Positions 14,129 to 24,736 of a DNA stretch of 64,000 nucleotides are shown one piece after another (positions within the stretch are counted from its first letter, which is position 1; each line of letters starts with the position of its first letter). Under the pieces are notes generated by a model. It was not told the DNA's origin and searched no databases. It worked only from the letters and a program-made list of their open reading frames with translations. Made by a program: the position numbers and the translations under genes. This DNA is from Azolla caroliniana (taxonomy: Eukaryota > Plantae > Polypodiophyta): assembly GCA_043228905.1 (NCBI GenBank), contig JBHGNT010000007.1:14384001-14448000 (forward strand), written 5' to 3'.

Positions 14129-14173
14129 CCTGGCACGCCCGTGGGACAGGACCTTGTCCGTCGGACCCACGAC
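14129..14173 (-). other. tRNA-3'-end mimic in place of the PPT of element B
   Basis: RNA-sense GTCGTGGGTCCGA-cggacaaggtcct-GTCCCACGGGCGTGCCA-gg immediately before the 3' LTR; no purine tract present. Confidence 0.7.
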
Positions 14174-14193
14174 TTACAAAAATACTAACAATA

Positions 14194-16496
14194 TTACAAA
14201 AATTGGCTTTTAGGCGTGATCCTCATTTCATTCCATTCTTTTTGACATGTGGCCCGGACTTGTTCCCGTTCGACGATTCTTTCTTCTTCTAGGGCGAAGT
14301 AGGAATCCGATAATTCGTCTTTTTGCTCCGAAATTAGCTTGCATTTGATGAAAAACTCGTCAGCCATTTCTTTAAGGGTCGTACGCTGACTCTGCAGCTC
14401 GGCATTCTCCGCGATCATTCTCTCCTCCCGTTGGCGATTTCTTTCCTCATGCCGGTGGTTCCAGTCTTTCGCATTGTCGAGCGCAACCTGTAGGTCTAGG
14501 ACCTCCTTCTCTTTCTTTGCCACTGTGGCTGCGTTTTCCTCTAGCTTGCTTTTGAGTTCAGCTTCTTTGCCCACGGCTTGCGCTTGTACCCAGCCCAATG
14601 CTTCGTTCTGCTCGTGTACCCTTTGGTCGGCCTAGGCTCTAATCTCGGCCATCTACTTGGAAGCTTCTTCTTTTAGGCGAGCCATCGCCTCCTGATGCCG
14701 TTGTTCGTGTCTTTTGGTTTGCCGTTGTTCTTCTTTAAGCTCCGCGCGGTAATCCCGAAGCGGGGGTTCTGTCTGGGTTGCCATCTCCTTGGGTGGACGA
14801 GGGGGTGGTATCTCGGTCTTCTCCATGGGCGTGGCCGCCTCGGTTGTTGTGCAGGCATCGACCATTTGTAACGAGTCCATTTGTGTACTGGTCTGCATCG
14901 TCAGGATTGAATCTGTGACGGTGCTTTCATCCATCATTGTTATGCGTGGAGGAGTTGGGAGGGCCTCGGTGGTCGTGGCCGAAAGGCTCAAGAGTTGTTG
15001 TTCCGGCCGGTTTTGCTCCCAGGCTGCCAGCTTCTATTTCGAAGCGTGCCATAATTCTGTAGCCATCTTAGCCTGTTTTTGGGCTATTTTTATCTTTCGG
15101 GCCATGTCTTTGGCTGCCCGCATAGTGCGATCCAGGTCCCTATATGCCTCGATAAGGGCCGTGTTCAACTCGGGACCTCCATGAGGAGAGTGGCCTGTTT
15201 TGCCTCCTTCTTTCTCCTGATTTTCTGTAAAGCCCTGTCGTCCTGGGGCTCAATTTCACCTAATATCGCACGTTGAATCATTTTTGTTTCGGCGTGCTCT
15301 TCCGCCATTCGAGCGGCTGCCGCGACTTGGGCTCTGGTGAGGAAGTCGACCAGCTCAAATGTCGTACCGAGGCGTAGGAGCGCACTAAATTTGTAAGCCT
15401 CCACGGGGAGGTCTTTATACCCGAGGACTTCATCCTCCAAGATCTGCGTTGTCTGCCCATGCTCGATCTTTCCCTGGTTCAGTGATGCCTCCTCAGGGAT
15501 GATGGCCAGGTTGCTCTGTTTGACAACTAAGGCTTGCTCCTGTTGTGGCTCTTTCTATTCTGCCGAGGACTCGCAGTTGAGTCGTCTTCTCTTGCTCGGC
15601 TGTGTTTGGGGTTACGGGGCCGGTAGTGTCATTTCCTCCGCTTGCTTCCTTTTCTGGGGTCGTGGTGGTGCTGCCTGTTGTGTGTTGGGGCGTAGGCTAG
15701 GCCCTGGGGAAGTAACCGAGGGGCGCGACGTTGGCTGTCGAATGTTGACATCATCTGCCGTGTTGTCCTCTGCGGCTACCTCCTCCCATTCTTGGCAGGT
15801 CTCGAAAACTGCCCTTTTTTGTTGGGGTTGGGTGGGTGGTGGTGCAGATGCGGGGTTTTGGTAGGCGGGAGGAGGTGAAGGCGATCTGGGCTCCTCCCAT
15901 GCTTCGTGGCTGATGGCAACAAATTTCTCTTTCTGCCTTCGTGGTGGTGGTGGGCACATGAGTGTGCGAGGGGAAGGAAGAGAAGAGGGTGGGTATAGAA
16001 CCATCAAAAAGTGGGTAAGAATAGACAACATCTTCTTACCAAACTGAAATGAAGCTAAGGCGGCACAGAGTCCTTCGCCTGTGATGATTCCCCAATTGAT
16101 TCTGTTTCCTTCATACGCGCTGATGATGATGGCTGCCTTGTTCTGCGGCATGCTCGTTGGGTTCGTATGCACGAACGCATACTCCATTAATATACGAGCA
16201 ATCTCCTCGAAAGCTCTGTTGGGACCGCCATACGTGCGATATGCCTTCCCTGAGGCTGAGTACTTACCGAAGTACTCTTTCATCTTCAATGCCGGGGGTA
16301 TGTTGACCTCATGGTCCCCTCCCCGTTGCAAATCCAAAACAGCCCGAAGCATGTTGTTGGTGATGGCTTTGGGACAAATACGTTTAGCCACACCTTGGGC
16401 ATCTGGGTGCGGGGGGGCATCGATGATCTGCAGGTAACCGCCCATTCCTCGTTCCTGGAGCCAGGCGCGGGTTTCTATTGAAGCGGTAAGAGGCAT
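14194..16496 (-). pseudogene. Extra 3' ORF of element B (globular N-terminus, Pro-rich linker, coiled-coil C-terminus), broken by stops and a frameshift
   Basis: Collinear ORFs 15612..16496 and 15165..15440 (same frame), then 14653..14991 and 14194..14598 (same frame); E/K/R/Q-rich C-terminus. Confidence 0.75.
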
Positions 16497-17006
16497 GGTG
16501 GAGATGGAGACGGGGTTTGACTGTGTGGAAGCGTGAAGAAGAGTGATGAGGCGAGGGCGAGACAGAGGAGGAACAACAGGAAGGGGAAGTTCAGCAGAGG
16601 GGTTATGAGAGCGAAAGAGGGCTTGAGAGCAAGAGCGTTTAGAGCGATGAGAGCGAGACGGGGTTTCTGAGCTTGAGAGCGATGGAGATTGGGAGCAATA
16701 ATGAACTTCTGTGTCTATGCTGCATTTTGGAAACGGTTTTAGTAACTTACTCCTAGGGTTTTGTGCCTAAAGTGAATCCTGAAGATTCTGAGTCGTGGGT
16801 GCCATAATAAGTGACTAACACCACGTGTCCTGAAGGTGAGTGGGGTGCTTCTAGTGCTTTGCATGTGCTTAAATAGGTACTAAATGAGTGGTGGCTAGGG
16901 GTGCTCCTAAATTTGTGGGTGGTGTAGGTGTAGCTAATCGGTGGCTAAACTATGGTTAATCCTACCTACTACTACTTTTATTAATTTCAAGAAGGTGGGT
17001 GAGTCC

Positions 17007-17452
17007 TTATTCAGGGGGACACGTGGCCTCCTCCGTGGTGGTTTCCCAAAACGGGTTGGGTGGTGTAGTGCCTCGATATGGTCGAAGTCGGAAACCATTG
17101 GCCCAACTTTTGACAATGTCACCGGCGAGTGTGCCGAGCTGGAACATCCCGTTGTACTCGTCGATAATCCAGAATGGACCGGTCCATCGAAATCTTAATT
17201 GTCCCGGCATAGACCCGAGTCGTGTTTAAAAAAGAAGAACCGGTTTGCCGATGGTGAGCTCCTTTTCCAGCCCGTGTCAATGTTGATCCACGAAAGGCTT
17301 GCATTGCCGTTGGCGTTGTTCAAGCTAGGCCATACTCTCTATCCTATCTTCGCCGAGTTCGAGGAGTTGTTCCAGCCGGTATTGCTCGGATTGGGCCTCG
17401 GGGAGCCGTGCTTTGATTTGAACTCGGAGGCTCGGGACTTGGAACTCGACGG
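17007..17452 (-). pseudogene. Integrase C-terminus (GPY/F module) of element B
   Basis: RFRWTGPFWI...NGFRLRPY; continues the integrase interrupted at 24737. Confidence 0.85.
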
Positions 17453-18234
17453 TGTCGTGAAGAAAACCGTCCATAAGCGGAATCGGCGCACCAAGGCGTG
17501 GGAACCGGTTCTTCACGCGCGCACGCTCCAAGTTGTACATAGAAGCGAATTAGGAGGATAATCGGCAGGAACGGGCCCTAGCACAAGTGGAGACAAAGAC
17601 CGCGCGAACAGTCTTTTCGGTCGCGCGTGCGTGCTAAGGAACTGTACGAGTCGGCGGCGGATGCGTGAAGAACGGAGCGGATCCCTGTTCAAAAGGGACA
17701 GGGAATAAAGCTGACATGACGGCCTGCTCGTTGGCCTATATAAGGAGCAGGAAAGAGCTGTTGCAGGCATCTGGCGCAGAGAGGACGAAGTGCTATCGGA
17801 CCGTTTCTGGACGCTTCTCTCTCTGTTCCCTTCCTTCTTGAGCTCCATAGCTTTCTGTGCAGGGTCCCGAGGAGTCTCGCGCTGTTTCGAGGAACGCCCG
17901 ACTGCTTCCGGCAGTACCTCCGACCTGCCGCCCCTTTGTGCGTCGAAGCGAACAGGCATCGGCATCTGTTCGCCGGCCTGTCCGGTTGTAACCAGCCTGT
18001 GCCCCATCGAGGTTTGTAGTCGTGTTGGCCATTTTTGTTGATATACATATTTAGTCATTCGCATCTGTCTGTGTCGTTGTTTGTTCGCGTTCTCCGTGCT
18101 GAAGGGCCGTGTCCCTGTGTATCCCCGGTCCTGCGTAGCTGGTTCTCTCTCTTTCTCCTCCCTCGCTTGCTCTTTGGTTCAAGACCCCCGCGGTCCCGCC
18201 TCGTTTCCACACGCACTTGCATAATATCTTGACA
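17453..18234 (+). repeat. 5' LTR of element C
   Basis: TGTCG...TTGACA; TATATAAG at ~17737; direct repeat of 23955-24736. Confidence 0.97.
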
Positions 18235-18237
18235 TCT

Positions 18238-18255
18238 TGGTGAACCCGACGTGAA
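18238..18255 (+). other. Primer-binding site, tRNA-Trp
   Basis: TGGTGAACCCGACGTGAA is the 18-nt complement of the plant tRNA-Trp 3' end (...TTCACGTCGGGTTCACCA, recalled); also at 4542-4559 and 10923-10940. Confidence 0.85.
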
Positions 18256-18277
18256 GGAGGCGGCAGAAGAGCAGAAG

Positions 18278-20404
18278 ATGAGGGGGTCGGATCTTGCAGA
18301 GGCCATGGCTTCGGCCGTGGATCGGATTGTAAACGCGCGCGAGGGCACTGGTGCCCTCGACAGAGCTATTGAGGCGGTCGTCGGCACGATCGGCCGGTTC
18401 GATGGGAAGGATGCCACGAAGTATTTGGCGTCCTACGGTGCAGAGATGCTGATGCGGGACATTCCGGAAGAAAGGCGTCTTGCCGGATTTCCCCGAGTGG
18501 CGATGCCGAGCATCCATGCGGAGGTGCTCGAGGTGCGGGCGGAGAGCCGTACCTGGGAGGAGTTCGAAGGTCGGCTCCTAGAGAAATACGGGCTGGACGA
18601 CGCGCTCCGGCTTTCGAAGCGAAGGTTCATGGAATGGGTGGAGTCCCCGGGGAAGGGAAGAAACGCGTCGGCACTCCTCCGGGAGTTCGAGGAAAACTTT
18701 GCGCACCTTTCAGCGCTCGACCGAACCATCCTGGACACGAGCCGGGTCTTGCTGTTTGTCAAGTCGGTCGACGAGCGGGATCGGGAGCAAGTGGGCCTCT
18801 TGCTGGAAACCGAAGACGGGCTCACTACCGACTGGGCGGCTATCAAGAAAGTCTGTGGCCGTTTCGACAAACGGCGAGAATGGGCGGATAACGGGGCAAC
18901 CGGGTCGGGCTCGGTCGCAGCAAGGAAGCTCGAACCAGCGCCACAGGTGCGAAAGGAAGAGACCCGAGAGTGGTTGGAAACCGGTTCGGCTTCGACCGGC
19001 GCAGTCAGAGGCTCAACCGGAGGAGCGGCGCTAGAGGAATTGACGAGGGCGATAAAGGACCTCCAAATCGCGCAAGCCCGAAGGGAAGGTGGCGAACCGG
19101 CTCGTGACCGACGGCCGGCGGCAGGAAACAGGTGCATGTGGTGCGATGAAGTCGGCCACATTCGGAAGGACTGCGGCGACTTCGCGGAGGCGCTAAGGAA
19201 CAGGGTGGTGTACCTGTGGGAAGGACGGGTGCATGTCAGCGACACCCGGAGGGCCCTGAGCCGAAACGACGGGCGAGGTGGTATGAAAAGGTTGATGGAA
19301 GAGGCGGCGGCCCGACACGCGGAAACCGTCCACTACTCGGCGTCGGCCGGCATTCGAGTCGGGGGCGGCGAGGCCCGAAGGGAAAGCAAAGCCGGATTCT
19401 GGCCGACGATGCTGGAAGGCCTTGCCGGTGCAAGGCTTAAAAGGGAGGAATCGGACCGTGCGGAGAAACGGGTACGGGAGATGACCGGGTGGAGCGACCC
19501 GGTCGAGGAAAAGACGGGCTTCGTGGAAGCCGCTTGCTAGAACTACGAGGCTCTGGTAGAAGAGAAGCGGGTGGGGAAACCCGGGACGACCGGGCCCTCA
19601 CAACGATACGAGACCCGGTCCGGGCCACGACGGGACGAAGCCGGCGGGCCCGGTACGCAAGATAAACCCCAGAAGGGCGGGTATCGTCTGGGGACGGAGA
19701 TAGAAAGGACCACGGACTTACGAAAGGTCCTGGAGGAACGGATCCTCGACAGCAAGGTGGAGCTGTCGTTACGAGAGGTGCTGGGAATCGCCAAGAAGGA
19801 GTTCCACGACTCCATCGTGGACTTGGTGAAACGGAAGAGGCTGTCAACGGAGACAGAACCGGAAAGACCGGTGGAAGTGCGGACGACGCACCTAGACGAC
19901 ATGGCGCTGGGAGACGAGTGGGCGGAAAGCCACTATTCGAGACCACACTGGGCCCGGGCGACCACGGAAACCCCGGTAAAGATCGGCGATGTCCAGGAAC
20001 CGGTGATAGCTTTGGTGGACCATGGATCGGAGATCAATTTGATGTCCATTGACTTCTATAAGAAGGGCAAATGGCCGATCAACACCAAGCACGGGTGGAA
20101 AATAAGGGCAGCAACGCGCGCCACCGAGGAACTCCACGGGGCCTGTCCGAATGTGCGAGTTAAGATCGGCGACGTCGAGATTGACCAGCACTTCTTCGTG
20201 CAGGAGACGTCTTCGCATCCGGTCATACTGGGAGAGTCGTACATCACGGCGGCACGAATGGAGACCAAGGTCCTGGACAATGGTTCGGCCTACGCGAGGG
20301 TCAAAAGCCAAGACGGGCGCCATTCGGTCCAGTTTCTGACGGTACGGCCGAACCACGAACGTAACCGCGACTCCCTCGGTTCCGAAAACCGAGAGGATTT
20401 TTAG
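18278..20404 (+). pseudogene. Gag-protease ORF of element C (one premature TAG at 19538)
   Basis: ORFs 18251..19540 and 19571..20404 are in one frame; CMWCDEVGHIRKDC knuckle; LVDHGSEINLM protease; TAG corresponds to CAG in A3. Confidence 0.9.
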
Positions 20405-20460
20405 AGAGGACTGCCAAGGCGTGGGGCCGCGACAGTCCGGATGCTCTGGGAAAACCCCAC
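20395..20460 (+). promoter_or_regulatory. Putative -1 ribosomal frameshift signal (G GAT TTT + pseudoknot)
   Basis: Heptamer 20395-20401 directly before the gag-PR stop; -1 frame open into pol; stem GGACTG/CAGTCC; loop GTGGG pairs with CCCAC; conserved in other copies. Confidence 0.8.
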
Positions 20461-23400
20461 ATCTGTACGATAAAACCGTGTACAATAGGTAGGAAATTTT
20501 GCTTCTCCGATAGCGGAGCATGTACGATGGTCGGCATCGCCGGCCGAGAGAAAACAAAGACGGAGGGGAGACTTCGGGCGTGCGGAGTTCTCGGCCCTGA
20601 CGAAGAAATCGACGGAGCCGTGGAGGCAGTCTCCTTCGACGACACCTTGGGAATGCTGGGGAAGGTAGTCGAAGAAGAACTTAACGAAGACCGGACGATA
20701 CCGGTATGTTCCGAAGAAATGTACGAAGTCATCGCGGACTTCGGTCGAGGGCTCGAGTCGGAACGGACGGCCCGAGTTAGCACCAAGTACAAGACTGTGG
20801 ACCGGAAGGTGAGGCCAGTTGCGGCGCCCTTACCGGAGGGCAGCGAATCCCGAATCAAAGGGGTTGCATCGGACCCCAGCTTACGAGATCCGGCCTGCAT
20901 AGGACACACCTTCACCAACGAGACGCTCCGAGAGCTGAAGATCGGTGGGGGCGGGTTCCTACTGCCGGTGGAGGAAGACCGGTTTCGGAGAATGCTCGGA
21001 AGGCACGAGAAAGCCTTCGCATTCTCACCGGAGGAAATCGGGTGCGTAGACCCGACGATCGTAGAGCCAATGGTGATATTCATGGTACCGCATGTACCGT
21101 GGAATCTCAAGCCAATTCCGGTTCCCAGAGCTCACATCCCGAAGTTGATGGAGCTGTTGAAGCAGAAAGTTGATATGGGCATTCTCGAGCCGTCGAGCGC
21201 CCCATATTCAAACCGATGGTTTACCATACCAAAGAAAAACGGATCGTTGCGCTTCATTCAGGACCTGCAGCCGGTCAACAGAGTGACCATTCGGAACGCA
21301 GGGATCGGACCGACCATAGACGAGTTCACGGAGGCCTTCGCCGGAAGGTCGATTTACTCGGTCGGTGATCTATACTCAGGGTACGACCAGTTCCAGCTAG
21401 CCGTGGAGAGCAGAGACATTACGACGATGCGAACTCCCCTCGGCCTAGTGCGGATGTGTACGCTGCCGCAAGGAGGGACCAACTCGGTGGCCCACATGGT
21501 GAATGCAATGAACAAGGTGTTGAGGGACTGCATCCCGGACATCACCATGCCGTTTCTAGACGACATCCCGATCAAGGGATGCCCGGTAGAAGAGAAGGAC
21601 GAGACGATCGGGCCGGACGGATGCCGGCGATTCGTGATGACGCACATCGACGACTGCGAGAAGGTGCTGCAAAGGCTAGAGGATGCGAGGCTCACCTTCT
21701 CGGGGGAGAAGTCAGCCTTCGGGCAGTCGGAAATCATGGTGGTCGGACATTTATGTGGACCATATGGCCGGAAACCGTCTCCGGCAAAGGTAGAAGCCAT
21801 CTCCGCGATGAAGCCCGATTGCAGCTCGGTCACAGAAGTACGAAGATTCTTGGGAGCATGCGCCTTCTACCACATATGGATCCCGCATTACGCGCACATC
21901 GCGGAGCCGCTGTACGGATTATTGAAGAAAGGGCGAAAATTCGAATGGCTAGACAAGCACACGGAGTCGGTTCGGAAGCTGAAGGAGGCTCTTTCGACAG
22001 CACCGGCGCTCCGAAAGGCCGTCTACAGGAAGGGCACCCCAGTGTACATAACGGTTGACACGAGTCCGACCGGAATCGGGTGGGTCGTCAACCAAGAAGA
22101 CGAGGACGGCAATCGGTTTCCGATCCGATTCGGCGCGAAGGTCCTCAGTGAGCGGCAGCGAGGATACGCCCAGGTTAAACGCGAACTCTGGGGTATCGTT
22201 TCGGCGGTGAAGGCCGACAAGGACTATCTGATCGGGACAGAGGTAATCATAGAGACGGATTGCATGCCGATTCTCGGCATGGTTTCCGGATGCGCGACGC
22301 CGGACCTGGCAATGCTCAGGTGGATAGCGTACATCAAGTCCCTGGACCCGGAAATACGACACATTTCCAGGAAAGACAACGCCATGGCCGACATGCTTTC
22401 GAGGGCGAGGTTCGATGACGAGGGCGGCATGGTTTCGGAGGACGAAGAGGTCGGCGTGGACTTCTTCAAGGCAGCATATGTAACAACCGACGGGACGAGC
22501 ACTCCGGCGCTTAACGACTTCGACGCGAGCAAGTACGACGGGGAGTGGCTGCAGATCGGCGGGTTCTTGAGGACAATGGCGCCGGATGCGTCATGGACGA
22601 AAGACGAGGCCAGCCGGATCTGGAAGAAAGCGTACCGGTTCTTTCTCCGGGATGGCTATCTATGGAAGCACCCGAAGAAGAGGGACGGCGCTCCGCTCCG
22701 GGTGGTGGCGATGAAGGAAGAACAGGAGGAGCTGCTGACGGCCTACCACGACAGCCCTTGGGCCGGACACCATGGAACTTGGGCCACGTTCGAGAAGATA
22801 AAGGAGAAGTACTGGTGGCCAGGACTGTACAGGGACGTGCATCGATTCGTGACAACTTGCGAGAGCTGTCAGATGCACTCTGTGGTCCGACACCGGGACG
22901 AGCTTCACCCTACGTACCCTCCGACCATCCACTTCAAATGGATGGTAGATCTGGTGACGATGCCAATGGGGGTAGGACAGATGCGGTACCTGGTCCTAGC
23001 GCGGGAGGATCTGACAAACCAGGTGGAAGGCCAGGCCCTTCCGAACAAAACGACCGCGGCCGTATGTCGGTTCCTAATCGAGGACGTGATATGCCGATAC
23101 GGGTGCGTCGGGAAGATCGTGGCTGACCGAGGGGAGTTGGACGCCGAAGAAGCCGCGGAGCTGTTCGACCGGCTGGGAGTCAAGCTCTCGCTCACCACTG
23201 CGTACAATCCGGAGGCGAATGGAAAAGTGGAGCGCGGACACGGGCCGATCGTCAAGGCGTTGGTTCGGGCATGCGGAGGCCGAGTCGGTAACTGGCCGCG
23301 GCTGCTACCTTATGCTTTGTGGGCAGACCGGACCACGCACAGTTCGGTAACCGGGTACATGCCGACGGAGCTCATGTTTGGCCAGAAGCCGATCATGCCG

Positions 23401-23883
23401 ATGGAACGGATGATCTCCTCGTGGGCAACGGTCGACTGGAGGGACGAGATGAGCCGGGAGGAGTTGTTGGCCGCGCGTATATGACAGCTCGAGCGGAGAC
23501 CGGAGGACGTGGAACTGGCTGCGGAGAAGCTCCGGGTGGCGAGGACAAAGAACAAAGCCAGGTTCGACCGAACGCACCGGCTCCGACCGAAGAAAATCGA
23601 AGAAGGTGACTGGGTGCTCGTCTACGACAACAGCCTCGACAACCAGCACCGAGCTACACGGAAGTTCGCACGAAGGTGGTTCGGGCCTTACGTGGTACGG
23701 AGCGCCAATGACAACGGGACATATCACCTGGCGGAACTCGACGGCACGAGAATGGCGATACCGGTTGCAGGGAAGCGGATCAAAGCGTTCAAGAAGCGAC
23801 ACGACGACGAGCCAGACCCGGCTCTCCTAGTCAGCAGTGACGAACGATCCGAAAACGAGGAAGAACCGACGGGCGAGGAATGA
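20401..23883 (+). pseudogene. Pol (RT-RNase H-integrase) of element C; one premature TGA at 23482
   Basis: ORFs 20527..23484 and 23509..23883 are in frame and open from 20401; DLYSGYDQ, PQGGTNS, FLDDIPIKG, VDTSPTGIG, HDSPWAGH...CESC, WFGPY; no chromodomain. Confidence 0.93.
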
Positions 23884-23954
23884 AGACGGGCCGGTTTTCT
23901 CCGTCCCAACTCTCTTGGCGCATACCGGAGGATGCGCGGTTAGGTGGGGGCGGA

Positions 23955-24736
23955 TGTCGTTAAGAAAACCGTCCATAAGCGGAATCGGCGCACCAAGGCG
24001 TGGGAACCGGTTCTTCACGCGCGCACGCTCCAAGTTGTACATAGAAGCGAATTAGGAGGATAATCGGCAGGAACGGGCCCTAGCACAAGTGGAGACAAAG
24101 ACCGCGCGAACAGTCTTTTCGGTCGCGCGCGCGTGCTAAGGAACTGTACGAGTCGGCGGCGGATGCGTGAAGAACGGAGCGGATCCCTGTTCAAAAGGGA
24201 CAGGGAATAAAGCTGACATGACGGCCTGCTCGTTGGCCTATATAAGGAGCAGGAAAGAGTTGTTGCAGGCATCTGGCGCAGAGAGGATGAAGTGTTGTCG
24301 GACCGTTTCTGGACGCTTCTCTCTCTGTTCCCTTCCTTCTTGAGCTCCATAGCTTTCTGTGCAGGGTCCCGAGGAGGCTCGCGCTGTTTCGAGGAACGCC
24401 CGAGTGCTTCCGACAGCACCTCCGACCTGCCGCCCCTTTGTGCGTCGAAGTGAACAGGCATCGGCATCTGTTCGCCGGCCTATCCGGTTGTAACCAGCCT
24501 GTGCCCCATCGAGGGTTGTAGTCGTGTTGGCCATTTTTGTTGATATACATATTTAGTCATTCGCATCTGTCTGTGTCGGTGTCTGTTCGCGTTCTCCGTG
24601 CTGAAGGGCCGTGTCCCTGTGTATCCCCGGTCCTGCGTAGCCGGTTCTCTCTCTTTCTCCTCCCTCGCTTGCTCTTTGGTTCGAGACCCCCGCGGTCCCG
24701 CCTCGTTTCCACACGCACTTGCATAATATCTTGACA
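23955..24736 (+). repeat. 3' LTR of element C
   Basis: Direct repeat of 17453-18234. Confidence 0.97.

Larger units (their letters stand above)
17453..24736 (+). mobile_element. Near-intact Gypsy family-A element C (7284 bp)
   Basis: 782-bp LTRs 17453-18234 and 23955-24736 (~17 substitutions by eye); 4-bp TSD ACGG (17449-17452, 24737-24740); PBS; PPT AGGTGGGGGCGGA 23942-23954. Confidence 0.97.

Noticed and set aside
19538-19540. In-frame TAG in gag of C as a programmed readthrough site
   Set aside because: The homologous codon is CAG in A3 (TGC CAG AAC TAC, ~11963), so this is a C>T nonsense mutation.
23482-23484. TGA splitting integrase from its GPY/F tail
   Set aside because: The codon is Arg (CGA/AGG) in other copies; mutational decay.
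17513-23802. Many long antisense and alternative-frame ORFs over element C and its LTRs
   Set aside because: Expected shadow ORFs of GC-rich coding DNA; no motifs and not maintained between copies.
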